A stretch of 64,000 nt of DNA, taken from assembly GCA_964642725.1 (NCBI GenBank), contig CAZXQG010000005.1:16597-80596 (forward strand). Reading direction: 5' to 3'. Each line of letters begins with the position of its first letter. The first letter of the stretch is position 1. Source of the DNA: an uncultured Chitinophagaceae bacterium (GTDB lineage: Bacteria; Bacteroidota; Ignavibacteria; UBA10030; UBA8401). A program made the translations under genes and the position numbers. This document shows positions 9,696-20,264 of this stretch, piece by piece. The notes below the pieces were generated by a model. The model made no database searches, had not been told where the DNA came from, and saw nothing but the letters and a program-made list of their open reading frames with translations.

Positions 9696-10205
9696 CTACT
9701 TCTTTTGTAACAAATACACCAAATCGAACTCTATGCCTCCTTCCGAGTGTTCTACAATTCTTCCTATCTCTTTTCCGTCAGAAAGCAGAATAAACGTCGG
9801 CACTTTTGTCACGTGATACTTCTCCGTCACTCCCTCGCGATTTCTCTTTGACCTGTCGACGCCGTACAGTTCGATGTTCGCTTCAGGTATATGCGCTAAA
9901 GATGCCGTCTTAAAGAATTTTGGAAGTTCGCGTTTCGTGTCGCCGCACCATGTGCCGCCGATGACGATGAAGCGAATATCTTTCGCGGCTGAGGAGAGAA
10001 ACACGACGGATGCAGAGTCCGGTGTGAACGATGCAAAGTTTTTCGCGTACCAATCAAAAGAGGAGTCGGCCTCTAACAGCGAGGATGAAAACCTGCCGGT
10101 GATAATCTTCTGTCCGCGCGGTTCGACTGAAACCTGATAGGATTCGCCGGAACCACACCCGGCAATAAGTAACAATACCGCAAGAAAAACCGTTCTACGC
10201 GCCAT
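9696..10205 (-). CDS. thioredoxin-fold lipoprotein (monothiol 'WCGDT' site)
   Basis: Start at ATG 10205 gives 'MARRTVFLAVLLLIAGC' (lipobox). 'VIGGTWCGDTKRELPKF' sits at the position of the WCxxC motif; 'VPTFILL' cis-Pro loop region. Confidence 0.6.
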   Translation of the reverse strand: MARRTVFLAVLLLIAGCGSGESYQVSVEPRGQKIITGRFSSSLLEADSSFDWYAKNFASFTPDSASVVFLSSAAKDIRFIVIGGTWCGDTKRELPKFFKTASLAHIPEANIELYGVDRSKRNREGVTEKYHVTKVPTFILLSDGKEIGRIVEHSEGGIEFDLVYLLQKK

Positions 10206-10206
10206 T

Positions 10207-11097
10207 TCAATCCACCTTTGTGACTCTGATATCTTTGCCCCACATAAGCTTCGAGCGCAGAACATCGTAGTAGCTCTTGTCTTTGCGTTTCACCAGCTTC
10301 ACAGAATAATCCGCTTTTTGTACAAAGAGATTGACCGGAGGAGTGAATACTTTTTCCTGCTGGCCGTCCGCCGTCACGCGCACATTCTGAAGTTTCGACT
10401 CGACGAAGACCCGGACAACGCTCGAATCCGGAACGATGACGGACCGTGCAGTCAACGTATGGGGGCAAATAGGGCTGACGGTGAGAACGTCGCTCGCCGG
10501 AACGACGATTGGGCCGCCCGTCGCAAGGGAATAGCCTGTCGTTCCTGTGGGCGTGGAAACAATGATCCCGTCGCCTCGGTAGGTCATAAGATAATCGTTG
10601 TTGACGTATGTTTCGAGGTCGATTACGCGTGAAGAGTTACTTTTGTCGATGACGATATCGTTCACGCCGAACATCTGGACGTCGTCACCTTCCGCGGTAA
10701 CCTTGATAACCATTCGGTCTTCGATAACATGCTGGTTGTTCAGGATATCGTCTACAAACGATTCTACTTCGTCTATCGAAAGTTCAGCAAGGAAACCAAG
10801 TTTCCCGAGGTTGACGCCAAGGATTGGCACGGCGGCACGGCCGACGAGTCTTGCTGCCGAGAGAATCGTACCGTCGCCCCCGAAAGCAATAACCATGTCG
10901 CACTCGGCAACAATTTCCTCGAGAGGCGCAGTGTCTTTTTTGAGGATGACCTTTTTCCCAGCCTGTTTGTTGACGACCCTGGCAATTTCATCGTGGGTAA
11001 CAAATTCAATGAGGCGCTTTTCGCCGGTCCCTAACAGCCTCAATACAGCGTCTCCCAGCGTGTCTTTCGATAAATTCCCAACGATTCCGAATTTCAT
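10207..11097 (-). CDS. nadK: NAD kinase
   Basis: 296 aa; 'VIAFGGDGTILSAAR' and 'DGIIVSTPTGTTGYSLATGGPIV' motifs. Confidence 0.9.
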   Translation of the reverse strand: MKFGIVGNLSKDTLGDAVLRLLGTGEKRLIEFVTHDEIARVVNKQAGKKVILKKDTAPLEEIVAECDMVIAFGGDGTILSAARLVGRAAVPILGVNLGKLGFLAELSIDEVESFVDDILNNQHVIEDRMVIKVTAEGDDVQMFGVNDIVIDKSNSSRVIDLETYVNNDYLMTYRGDGIIVSTPTGTTGYSLATGGPIVVPASDVLTVSPICPHTLTARSVIVPDSSVVRVFVESKLQNVRVTADGQQEKVFTPPVNLFVQKADYSVKLVKRKDKSYYDVLRSKLMWGKDIRVTKVD

Positions 11098-11396
11098 TGC
11101 GCCGCCTCGTCCTTCACCGCCGGCGATGGAGTTTCTTTCGCCATCTCATCAACATAATTCAATTTCAGATCCTGAAGCACGCCGATAAGAAATCGTTCTT
11201 CATCGGGCGAACGATTTCCCTTCGTCTTTTCTTTCAGCATATCGATCAAGTCGATCGATAATTGCGCTTGTTCCATATTCTTTTCAATCTTATCGGTAAC
11301 GGGGTTTTTCATTTTCCCCATTTGTTGAAGCGCTGCGGCTTGAAACATCGAAACAAGCTGAATAAACATCATCTCATTCTTTTCTGAAGTATCCAT
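11094..11396 (-). CDS. DUF1844-like small protein
   Basis: 100 aa; 'FIQLVSMFQAAALQQMGKMKNPVT...AQLSIDLIDMLKEKTKGN' resembles DUF1844 as I recall it. 4-nt overlap with the nadK start. Confidence 0.55.
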   Translation of the reverse strand: MDTSEKNEMMFIQLVSMFQAAALQQMGKMKNPVTDKIEKNMEQAQLSIDLIDMLKEKTKGNRSPDEERFLIGVLQDLKLNYVDEMAKETPSPAVKDEAAQ

Positions 11397-11502
11397 AATT
11401 CACTTTCTTTCCGACGCTGAACGATGCAAAATGTTCGAAATAAAATCCAGAATTCTGCCTTGGCCGATGCAATGGTACGAAAGAGAAGAACCAAAATCAA
11501 CT

Positions 11503-12267
11503 TTACCTATTTCGCGAGGAATCGGAATTCCATATTTCCCATAGTTTTGCGTATTTTGTAAAAACGTATGCCGACGAAAGAACGGCAAGGATCAGTCCGG
11601 GAATTCCATCCAGGAAGCCTAATCGAAAACAATACATTCTAAGAAAAAGCCATGGAGGTCTGATCAACAGATCGACAAGCCGAAACGGTCTTCCGGCTTT
11701 GAACAATTCCTCGCTTGCCAATGTGGTATACCGATTGAATTTCTCTAAGTAATGGCGAAGATTGGGGTCGGTGAAGTGAAGCAGGTCGTGATGAAGTTCG
11801 CCGATTGTCCCTCGCACTACCAGCCCCTCGTGAACGGCCGAAGTAGTGAACGAAGCTGAGTCCTTGCGAAAAAGCCGTACGACTCTTCCCGGGTACCATC
11901 CGGAATGTTTCATCCAACGACCGAGAAAATACGCCCGACGAGCGACAGAATAAGCCGCCTTTGACGGGGAGGATCCCATCAATGATTGGATTTCAGCGCC
12001 TAACTCCTGTGTGACGCGCTCATCGGCGTCGAGCCATAGAATCCACTTATGATGCGATTTCTCTACTGCAAATGTTTTTGCTTCGGAAAAACTTTTCCAC
12101 GGCTCTATAAAGATGCTTTGAGTGAATTGCCGAGCCAGCGTTACCGTTGTGTCGCTGCTCTCAGCGTCAACGACAACGATTTCGTCCGCCCATTGAACGC
12201 TTTCGAGGCACGCAGCAATATTCCGTTCTTCATTCCGCGTAATGACAATGACTGACAACGGTGTCAT
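11503..12267 (-). CDS. family 2 glycosyltransferase (LPS core type)
   Basis: 'LSVIVITRNEERNIAACLESVQWADEIVVVDAESSDTT' and 'WLDADE' (DxD). Start at ATG 12267 forms an ATGA overlap with the upstream stop. Confidence 0.8.
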   Translation of the reverse strand: MTPLSVIVITRNEERNIAACLESVQWADEIVVVDAESSDTTVTLARQFTQSIFIEPWKSFSEAKTFAVEKSHHKWILWLDADERVTQELGAEIQSLMGSSPSKAAYSVARRAYFLGRWMKHSGWYPGRVVRLFRKDSASFTTSAVHEGLVVRGTIGELHHDLLHFTDPNLRHYLEKFNRYTTLASEELFKAGRPFRLVDLLIRPPWLFLRMYCFRLGFLDGIPGLILAVLSSAYVFTKYAKLWEIWNSDSSRNR

Positions 12268-13451
12268 ACACTCTCCGGGGCGGGAAGCTTCTTCACCGCA
12301 TAAGCCAACCCGACTGTGAACCAGACGAAAACCATTATTTGATGGCTGCCGAAATTCCATTCAAATAACCCATTGAGAAGAAAACCGATGAAGACGGCAA
12401 ATGCCCCCAGCGTAACCGATCCCGCAAGCCAATCGGCAGTTGAGCCTCTGAACATTTGATATTCCACGACGAGTATTTTACAGAACATAGCAACAACGAT
12501 GGAAAGGCCGATGAGACCGAGCGTCACCAACAGCATGACAAAATTATTATGAAGATGCCCCCCTCCTTCGGGGTCGTCCGCAGATTTGTATTGTGCGTAG
12601 ACTTCATGAACATCGGAATCTCCAATCCCGAGCAGAGGATGGTCGGCGAATATTTTCAGGCCCGTTGACCACATCACTAACCGAGAATGATTTGTCGGGT
12701 CGGAAAGGTCGACGATGCTTTTTGCCCGATGCACTTGGCTGGCAGGAGCGAACAAAAAAAACAACGCAAGGAATGCAACAAGAACGAAAAAGAGGTATTT
12801 ATTTTTCAAAATACTTATGACGATCACTCCGCCAAGAAATCCAACCCATGAACTCCGGGTATTGGTCAGGATTAACGCAAGAAATGACGGGACAAAAAAC
12901 AACGACAACCATCCTTTGACCGCCGCCGGTGTTTTCTTGTGGAGGATAAATGGAACAATCATCAGGCACGCGATCATTTTCAAACCGCCCGTCGTCATGT
13001 AGTGTTGAAACACGTATAATCTTCCCTCGTGGACAACATAGTAATAGACTATTTCAATGATTGATGTCACCGCCACCGCGCCAAAAATAATGAGCAGACT
13101 GTTCAACACTTTTTTCCTGGAGTCAAACGACAGCAGCACGAGATACAGAACGGAAATGAGCAGCAGCCGCTTTGTGTTGACAGCCGCCTGAGCCGGAAAC
13201 ACCGCGGTCGCGGTCGTCAAAAATTCGATGCACACATATGCAAGAAAAAAATAATCGAAGGAAGTTCCACAAAGCAACCATCTCCGCTCTGCAAAACTCC
13301 AATACACTACAAGCATCAACGATAGCCCGAAGACAATTGAGGAAGCCGCAATCGATATCGAAATGACGGCTACTTGAGTAACAAGAAGAGCAAAAAGAAT
13401 TGAACTCAGGAGCGCTTTTCGCGACTCGGGAAGAGAATCGGCGGTGGTCAT
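12264..13451 (-). CDS. O-antigen ligase-like (Wzy_C) polytopic membrane protein
   Basis: About 10 hydrophobic segments; 'TNTRSSWVGFLGG' and a periplasmic loop with 'GIGDSDVHEVY...HLHNNF'. Start at 13451 forms an ATGA overlap with the GT9 stop. Confidence 0.7.
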   Translation of the reverse strand: MTTADSLPESRKALLSSILFALLVTQVAVISISIAASSIVFGLSLMLVVYWSFAERRWLLCGTSFDYFFLAYVCIEFLTTATAVFPAQAAVNTKRLLLISVLYLVLLSFDSRKKVLNSLLIIFGAVAVTSIIEIVYYYVVHEGRLYVFQHYMTTGGLKMIACLMIVPFILHKKTPAAVKGWLSLFFVPSFLALILTNTRSSWVGFLGGVIVISILKNKYLFFVLVAFLALFFLFAPASQVHRAKSIVDLSDPTNHSRLVMWSTGLKIFADHPLLGIGDSDVHEVYAQYKSADDPEGGGHLHNNFVMLLVTLGLIGLSIVVAMFCKILVVEYQMFRGSTADWLAGSVTLGAFAVFIGFLLNGLFEWNFGSHQIMVFVWFTVGLAYAVKKLPAPESV

Positions 13452-14599
13452 TGGAAAACTATGTTGTTTGTGATATGTTCCGACGCAGCGGATCTTGTTT
13501 CTTCTATAGCATTGAGAACCGGTTTTAGCTGAAGCGTCTCCATGCATAAGACTGGACGTTTGTCCCTGCACAATTCCCACTGCTTCGGTTTAGGATTACG
13601 GGTTGCACAACCGATACATGGCAGGTCTACTCGTACATACCGTGAAATCTTCCTTGGATCATAGGGGCCAGTGTCCAACGGATCGGCAAATCCCATGAGC
13701 ATCACGACGGGTGTTTGCAGCGCACAGGCGATATGGAGCGCGCCGGTATCGGGCCCGACAACTAGATCGGCACGGTCAAGGAATGCCATGAGTTGTCGGA
13801 GCGACGTCATCCCGACGAGCGAAACGGAGCTATGTTTCATGCCGGACCGAATCGACTCAACTTCACGCTCGTCCTGCTCAATGCCTGTAAACACAATCTT
13901 CGCATCATACAGCTCGACGAGAGAATCTGCAAGCTCGCTGTACCGAACCGGAAGCCATTGGCGGACCGAATTGGGCGCGCTGCATCCCGGATGGAGGCAA
14001 ACAACATAGTCATTATCCGAGATTTGCAGACGATGGAGGTATTCCCTGGCGCTTTTCTTCTCTTCCTCTTTCGCAACGAGAAGAGTGCCGTCAACTTTGC
14101 CGGGGTCAGTCCATTCGAGAACTGTTTCAGTCTGCGCATCGACGGTGTGCAATCCGGGCGTCCGCGGAACCGGAACATCGAGAAGCATTCCGAGCGAATT
14201 GTCCATGCCGCAAAGATATTTCGCTCCGGCCAGTTTCGCCATGATCGTATAATGAGAGTTGGCTTCTTCAACGGCAATGATGTCATAGCGATAGCGCCGA
14301 AGATGGAGAAACAATTTTGTATGTTCGAGGAGTGAAAACTTCGCGGAGAGTGGAAAAACATTTCGGACGCCGGGAAAACCCTCAAGTAGAGAGACCGACC
14401 TCTCACTGACAACCGCGTCGATCGCAGCTTCTACAAATGTCGTATGGAGCCGCAGCAACACAGGTGTAATCGAGACAACATCGCCGAGCAAACCGTTGCG
14501 AATCACTAGAATGCTCTTTACTCGCTCCCGTTGCCCAGCAAATTGCAAAAAGCGCCCCTTCTTCTTGGAGGGTGCCAATGTTTGACCGGATGGAGTCAT
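13448..14599 (-). CDS. family 9 glycosyltransferase (LPS heptosyltransferase-like)
   Basis: 'ILVIRNGLLGDVVSITPVL', 'GPDTGALHIACALQTPVVMLMG', and a C-terminal Cys cluster common in GT9. Start at 14599 or 14632. Confidence 0.75.
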   Translation of the reverse strand: MTPSGQTLAPSKKKGRFLQFAGQRERVKSILVIRNGLLGDVVSITPVLLRLHTTFVEAAIDAVVSERSVSLLEGFPGVRNVFPLSAKFSLLEHTKLFLHLRRYRYDIIAVEEANSHYTIMAKLAGAKYLCGMDNSLGMLLDVPVPRTPGLHTVDAQTETVLEWTDPGKVDGTLLVAKEEEKKSAREYLHRLQISDNDYVVCLHPGCSAPNSVRQWLPVRYSELADSLVELYDAKIVFTGIEQDEREVESIRSGMKHSSVSLVGMTSLRQLMAFLDRADLVVGPDTGALHIACALQTPVVMLMGFADPLDTGPYDPRKISRYVRVDLPCIGCATRNPKPKQWELCRDKRPVLCMETLQLKPVLNAIEETRSAASEHITNNIVFQ

Positions 14600-14624
14600 G
14601 TCGGAAATATTTGTTTCCCAAACT

Positions 14625-16490
14625 TCATACATTGAACTGAAGGTCGTACAAACGTTTATACAAACCATCTTTCTGTTTCATCAACTCGACATGCCGCCCC
14701 ATTTGTTCGATTCTTCCGTTCTCAAGGACGACAATCCGGTCCGCATTCCGGATCGTTGACAACCGGTGCGCAATCACAAGAGAGGTGCGGTTCTTCATCA
14801 AACGTTCAATCGCTTCCTGAACGAGGATCTCACTCTCCGAATCGAGTGCCGATGTCGCTTCATCAAATATCATGATAGGAGGGTTCTTCAGCAATGCACG
14901 GGCAATAGAAAGACGCTGCCGCTGCCCTCCGGAGATTTTTACACCCCGGTCGCCGATGATCGAATCGAACCCTCTCGGCAACGCATCAATAAACTCGAGA
15001 GCGTTCGCAGCTGCAGCGGCATCGCGGATCTTCTCCTCAGGACAATCGCTCAACCCATAGGCGATGTTGCTGCGCACGGTATCGTTAAATAAAATTGTCT
15101 CCTGGGTCACAATCCCGATCTGCTTCCTGAGCGATTGCAATTCTATCAAACGTATGTCAACTCCGTCGATCGTAATCAATCCTTCGACTGGATCGTAAAA
15201 TCGCGCGAGAAGGTCAACGAGGGTCGTCTTGCCGCTGCCGCTCGGTCCGACAATTGCAACGACTTCCCCTTTCCGAACCCTGAGGTTGATACCGCGGAGG
15301 ATTTCTTTAGTCTCGCCTCCCTGCGGCACTCCGTTCGAATAGAAGAAGGAGACGTTTTTGAACTCAATGCAATCGCGAAGATTGCCGATGGAAGCGGCCT
15401 GAGGATGGTTTCGAATCGAAGGTTCAATATCGAGTATCTCAAAAATCCGTTTTCCCGCAGCTGAAAATTCTTGCAGCCGGTTAATCACGCTGCTCAGTTC
15501 CTTGACAGGAGGCATCACCTGGAATATCGCAAGAAGGAAACCGAGAAACTCCGCCGCCTTCATCTCTCCCGTCACGAGGACCTGCCGTCCACCGTACCAT
15601 ATGATGGCGACTGCCGCCAGAATCGAGAGGAACTCCGTGACCGGAGTTGACAGATTCCTGATCCTGGTCATTGTGAGAACAGTGCGAAAATAACTCTTTG
15701 TTTCTTTCCTGAATTTCTTGTCTTCGAAATCTTCCATCCCGAAGGCCTTGACCACCTTGACGTTCGAGATCGTTTCCTGCAAAACCGAAGTGATATCAGC
15801 CATCTTCTCCTGTATTACTCTGCTTTCTTTGTGAAGCCGCAAGCCGATCCAACTGATGATAAATAGGGAAAACGGGAATACGCCGAATGAAAGGAGAGTT
15901 AACTTCCAGCTTAAGGTAAAGGCAATACCCAGAAAAACCATAACAAGGAGCGGCTCTCGAATCAAAGTTACGAAGCTTGCCGAGACGCCGCCGTTGACGA
16001 CGTTGACATCGTTCGTTACCCGGGAAATGAGATTGCCCGTCCGCTCGTTGGTGAAATAGCTGAGCGAGAGATTGTGAAGATGACGGAACAACTCATTCCG
16101 AATATCCATCATCAAACCCTGCTCAACATGCGCCATCGTGTAGGATTGGACATAACCGAAGGCGTTCTTGAGCAGAAACACGACGAGAATGATAATGCAA
16201 ATCCGGTAGAGCGAGTCCGTTTTCGAGCCCGCGAATACGAATGATTGGAGCGATTGATCGAACCGTTGTTTAAAGCCGACTATTTCGTTCGGCACGACGC
16301 TGTTCCGCGGAGGAGTGGCTTGCTGGAGCGCTTGCGGGGTTGATTGATCGAACAGTGTTTCGAGAAGCGGGATCGAGAGATAAATTGAAGCGCCGCTAAA
16401 AATAGAATAGAATATCGTACACGCTACAGAAATCGTCAGCGACTTCCAGTACGGCCGGACATAGCGGAGTATTCTCAAGAACACACGCAT
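14625..16490 (-). CDS. msbA: ABC transporter permease/ATPase, MsbA-like lipid A exporter
   Basis: 621 aa; 6-TM N-terminal half; Walker A 'GPSGSGKTT', signature 'ISGGQRQRLSIARA', Walker B 'MIFDEATSALD'. Sits in the LPS-core cluster. Confidence 0.8.
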   Translation of the reverse strand: MRVFLRILRYVRPYWKSLTISVACTIFYSIFSGASIYLSIPLLETLFDQSTPQALQQATPPRNSVVPNEIVGFKQRFDQSLQSFVFAGSKTDSLYRICIIILVVFLLKNAFGYVQSYTMAHVEQGLMMDIRNELFRHLHNLSLSYFTNERTGNLISRVTNDVNVVNGGVSASFVTLIREPLLVMVFLGIAFTLSWKLTLLSFGVFPFSLFIISWIGLRLHKESRVIQEKMADITSVLQETISNVKVVKAFGMEDFEDKKFRKETKSYFRTVLTMTRIRNLSTPVTEFLSILAAVAIIWYGGRQVLVTGEMKAAEFLGFLLAIFQVMPPVKELSSVINRLQEFSAAGKRIFEILDIEPSIRNHPQAASIGNLRDCIEFKNVSFFYSNGVPQGGETKEILRGINLRVRKGEVVAIVGPSGSGKTTLVDLLARFYDPVEGLITIDGVDIRLIELQSLRKQIGIVTQETILFNDTVRSNIAYGLSDCPEEKIRDAAAAANALEFIDALPRGFDSIIGDRGVKISGGQRQRLSIARALLKNPPIMIFDEATSALDSESEILVQEAIERLMKNRTSLVIAHRLSTIRNADRIVVLENGRIEQMGRHVELMKQKDGLYKRLYDLQFNV

Positions 16491-16552
16491 GCAACGATTC
16501 TCTCTATTTTAAGGAAATATTCCTAATGGCAGACGCAGGCCTCTTCCCGGCA

Positions 16553-19123
16553 TCACTGTACAACAAAATTGACAAGCTTGTTCTTGACGATAATTTCTTT
16601 CACAACACGTTTGCCGTCGACATGCTGTTTCACATTTTGTTCCGCATACGCCAATTGTTTCAGGGCCGATTCATCGATGTCGACGGGAACATTTCTCTTC
16701 GCACGAATTTTTCCGTTCACCTGAAAGACCACTTCGACCGTTGTTTGCTCCATTTTCGATTCATCGAACGCCGGCCACGGTTCACAAGCCAACGATGATG
16801 TATGCCCCAGCTTTTGCCATAACTCTTCCGCAATGTGGGGAGCGAACGGCGCAAGCAGCAGGACGAACGGCTCGAGAACTTGACGTGGACGGGATTCAGC
16901 TTTTGTTAATTCGTTCACAAGGATCATCATTTGCGAGATCGCAGTGTTGAACCTGAGCGCTTCAATATCCTCGCCAACTTTTTTCACCGTCGAATGGAAG
17001 ATGCGTTCAAGCTCGGAGGAAATTTCAACTCTCTTTACAGCGGGATCAAGAGTTCCGTCTTCGCCGACATACAAACGCCATACGCGGTTCAGAAACCGAT
17101 AGACCCCTTCCACACCGCGCGTGCTCCATGGCTTCATCTCTTCAAGCGGCCCCATGAACATCTCGAACAACCGCACGGAATCCGCTCCGTACTCTTTGAC
17201 AACCTCATCCGGGTTGACAACGTTGCCGCGCGACTTCGACATCTTCCGTGAATCTTCGCCGAGGATGATGCCTTGATGCCTTAGCTTTGTGAACGGCTCC
17301 TTTGTGCTTACGAAGCCAAGGTCGTACAACACTTTGTGCCAGAACCTGGCATACATCAAATGCAGCACCGTGTGTTCGGACCCGCCGACGTACAAGTCAA
17401 TCGGCATCCATTTGCGTTCGAGCGCAGGGGAACAGAATTGCGTGTCATTTTTTGGATCGATGAACCGAAGATAATACCAGCAGGATCCCGCCCATTGAGG
17501 CATTGTGTTCGTTTCCCTGCGCCCCTTCATTCCGGTCTCCGCATCGACGACGTTAACCCATTCAGTCGCAAGAGCGAGCGGAGATTCGGTTGTTCCGCTC
17601 GGCTGGAATTTTTTCAGTTCCGGAAGAATCAGCGGAAGTTCATCGTCGCGGAGCGGTTTCATTGTTCCGTCTTCACAATGAACGATCGGAATCGGTTCGC
17701 CCCAATAGCGCTGGCGGGCAAAAAGCCAGTCGCGCAGCTTATAGTTTATTTTCCGTTCCCCGATTCGTTCAGATTCCAGCCATCGGATAATTTTTTCTTT
17801 CGCCTCATCGACATGCAGTCCATCGAGAAACGCGCTGTTGACAGCCGGCCCGTCTTCCGTATATGCTTTTCCTTGAAAACCTTCAGGCGGCTGCACCGTA
17901 CGGAGAATGGGTAAACCGAATTTTTCCGCGAATTCCCAATCTCTCTCGTCTTGGCCCGGAACTGCCATGATGGCACCCGTGCCGTAGCCTGTCAAAACGT
18001 AATCGGCGATCCAAATCGGAATTTCTTTTTTTGTCGCCGGGTTAATAACATAGCTGCCAGTGAATACTCCGGTTTTCTCCGTGTCGATGCCGCGCTCGAG
18101 GTCGCTTTTCAGGCTTGCTTGAGTTCGATAACTCTCGACGGCTTTTTTCTGATCTCCCGTCGTTATTCCATCCACAAGGGGATGTTCGGGGGCAAGCACC
18201 ATGTAGGTCGCCCCAAAAATCGTATCCGGCCTTGTCGTGAAAATTCTTACGTTGTCATTCCTCCCTTTCACCGGGAAATTAATTTCTGCTCCCTCTGACC
18301 GGCCGATCCAATTTCTCTGCTGCTCCAATGTTGAAGCGGGCCAATCAAGTTCTTTTCCATCTTCAAGCAGCCTTTCAGCGTACGCGGTAATCCTCATCAT
18401 CCATTGCCTCATCGGCCGGCGTTCGACAGTGTACCCCTTGTCGGTCCATTCAGCAACTTCTTCGTTCGCAAGGACCGTCCCCAGAGCCTCGCACCAATTC
18501 ACTGGAATTTCGGCGATATAGGCAAGGCGGAATTGCGCGAGGAAATCATGCTTATCCTTTTTGCTTTTCCGCTTCCATTCTTCAGCGGTGAAACTTTCTC
18601 CGACAGACAGACCCTTTGTCCCTTGACGAAGCAATTCCTCTTCAAGAGTTTGTATCGGCCTTGCCTTATGGACGCGTTCGTCGTACCATGAATTATAGAT
18701 TCGAAGAAAAATCCATTGCGTCCACTTATAATATGCCGGATCGGTCGTGTCTATTTCCCGCGACCAATCGTAACTCATTCCGAGCATTTTGATCTGACGG
18801 CGGAAGGTCGAAATGTTTTGTTCGGTGGTAATGCGGGGGTGGATATTTGTCTGCATCGCATACCGCTCAGCCGGCAGCCCGAACGCATCCCAGCCCATCG
18901 GATGCAGGACACTGTACCCTTTCATCCTTTTGAACCTGGAAAGAATATCGGTCGCCGTATATCCTTCGGGATGCCCGACATGAAGTCCGGCCCCGGAAGG
19001 ATATGGATACATGTCGAGAATGTAGACTTTGGGCTTTGCTGAAGAACTATCCGTTCGAAACGTCTGATTTGCTTCCCAGTATTGCTGCCACTTGGATTCT
19101 ATTTCTAAAAAATTGTATTTCAT
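16553..19123 (-). CDS. leuS: leucyl-tRNA synthetase
   Basis: 856 aa; '[16 protein letters not shown]' (HIGH) and 'KMSKSRGN' (KMSKS). Confidence 0.97.
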   Translation of the reverse strand: MKYNFLEIESKWQQYWEANQTFRTDSSSAKPKVYILDMYPYPSGAGLHVGHPEGYTATDILSRFKRMKGYSVLHPMGWDAFGLPAERYAMQTNIHPRITTEQNISTFRRQIKMLGMSYDWSREIDTTDPAYYKWTQWIFLRIYNSWYDERVHKARPIQTLEEELLRQGTKGLSVGESFTAEEWKRKSKKDKHDFLAQFRLAYIAEIPVNWCEALGTVLANEEVAEWTDKGYTVERRPMRQWMMRITAYAERLLEDGKELDWPASTLEQQRNWIGRSEGAEINFPVKGRNDNVRIFTTRPDTIFGATYMVLAPEHPLVDGITTGDQKKAVESYRTQASLKSDLERGIDTEKTGVFTGSYVINPATKKEIPIWIADYVLTGYGTGAIMAVPGQDERDWEFAEKFGLPILRTVQPPEGFQGKAYTEDGPAVNSAFLDGLHVDEAKEKIIRWLESERIGERKINYKLRDWLFARQRYWGEPIPIVHCEDGTMKPLRDDELPLILPELKKFQPSGTTESPLALATEWVNVVDAETGMKGRRETNTMPQWAGSCWYYLRFIDPKNDTQFCSPALERKWMPIDLYVGGSEHTVLHLMYARFWHKVLYDLGFVSTKEPFTKLRHQGIILGEDSRKMSKSRGNVVNPDEVVKEYGADSVRLFEMFMGPLEEMKPWSTRGVEGVYRFLNRVWRLYVGEDGTLDPAVKRVEISSELERIFHSTVKKVGEDIEALRFNTAISQMMILVNELTKAESRPRQVLEPFVLLLAPFAPHIAEELWQKLGHTSSLACEPWPAFDESKMEQTTVEVVFQVNGKIRAKRNVPVDIDESALKQLAYAEQNVKQHVDGKRVVKEIIVKNKLVNFVVQ

Positions 19124-19213
19124 CCTTTTTGTCTTCTGTCGTTGTATATCTGCCTATCGCTAAACACTCTCCGTTGGAGCGAAATGAAAATGACTCCGTT
19201 CGTTGTGCGCTGC

Positions 19214-20128
19214 TCATGGTTCATTGTTGATTGTCTTCTTAATGTATAGCATTGCCGTCCCCTCCGTCCCGATTCGAAACCTCGACTGCAGCTCTTCTAC
19301 GGTTGCGCCATTCTGTGCCATAATCGTCGCAGCAGTGTGCCGCAGCGAAAACGCTGTAATCCGGCGAACTTTTCCGTTCTTCACGCCTGCTCTCTCAAGA
19401 TACATGTTGACGCGCTGCCTGATTCCGCGTGTCGTCATTCTCTTTCCACGTGTCCGATTCCCTGCACTCATGATCAATGGTTCATTTTCTCGGGCATCAT
19501 TTCTGAAGGCAAGATATCCGAGGAACGCTTCCTTCACATCGTTAGGAAGAAGAACGGTTGTTTCTTTTGTCGTTTTACCTTTGCCCTGAACATTGAAGAT
19601 CATTGTCGAGCTAACGATCTTCAAATCGCCGATATTCGCACGGATCAATTCTATCTCCGATAATCCGCATCCGACCATCGCTTTGATGATTGCGAAGTCT
19701 CGAAACCCCCGCTCATCATTCCGATCGATCGACTGAAAAATCGCTTGAATATCCTGCAACGAGATCGTCTCTCGAGAATGCTGCTGCGGTCTCTTGTTTC
19801 CTTTTACCTCTTTTGCAGGATTCCGTTCCAGGACTTTGACCTCGACCAAATAATCAAAAAGACGCCTCAGTGCCGTAAGGTAAGTGGAGACCGAAACTGG
19901 TGCAAGCTTGATTTTTTTTATTAAATATGTCTTGTATCGCTCTACATCCGCTACACGGAACAGAAATTTTTGATCCAACGGATACCAGCGCATGAATTCA
20001 TGCAGTGAGCGTTCATACGTGCCGCGAGTTTCGGGCTTGCTCTTTCGCAGTTCTTTCAGAAATCCCTCGAAATGGCCGAGCAATCGCTTGTGAGAAATCC
20101 GGACAGAAGAAAATTGCGACGATTTCAT
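19214..20128 (-). CDS. tyrosine recombinase-fold protein (XerC/XerD-like) with non-canonical active-site residues
   Basis: 304 aa; an N-terminal SAM-like core-binding region and a C-terminal 'LRHTAATIM...LYIKK' align by eye to XerD. Ser, Phe and Ile fall at the Arg-I, His-II and His/Trp-III positions. Confidence 0.75.
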   Translation of the reverse strand: MKSSQFSSVRISHKRLLGHFEGFLKELRKSKPETRGTYERSLHEFMRWYPLDQKFLFRVADVERYKTYLIKKIKLAPVSVSTYLTALRRLFDYLVEVKVLERNPAKEVKGNKRPQQHSRETISLQDIQAIFQSIDRNDERGFRDFAIIKAMVGCGLSEIELIRANIGDLKIVSSTMIFNVQGKGKTTKETTVLLPNDVKEAFLGYLAFRNDARENEPLIMSAGNRTRGKRMTTRGIRQRVNMYLERAGVKNGKVRRITAFSLRHTAATIMAQNGATVEELQSRFRIGTEGTAMLYIKKTINNEP

Positions 20129-20264
20129 TCTCCTACAGCAGAGTTTTTAGTGGGACGTTTCGCTCATCTTTCTTCTCAATAACAGAAATTAACGAAAATT
20201 GAAGAGAGAAGCAACGAAACGCGCTGCTGGGTACCGACTCAGTTTGATAAATTTTCTGGGTGGA

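Noticed and set aside
10598-11188. 196-aa plus-strand ORF antisense to nadK, and similar ORFs antisense to manC (2162..2773) and the heptosyltransferase (13793..14335)
   Set aside because: All lie opposite genes with clear family motifs, are Ser/Thr/Arg/Pro-rich, and lack start signals. They are ordinary shadow ORFs.
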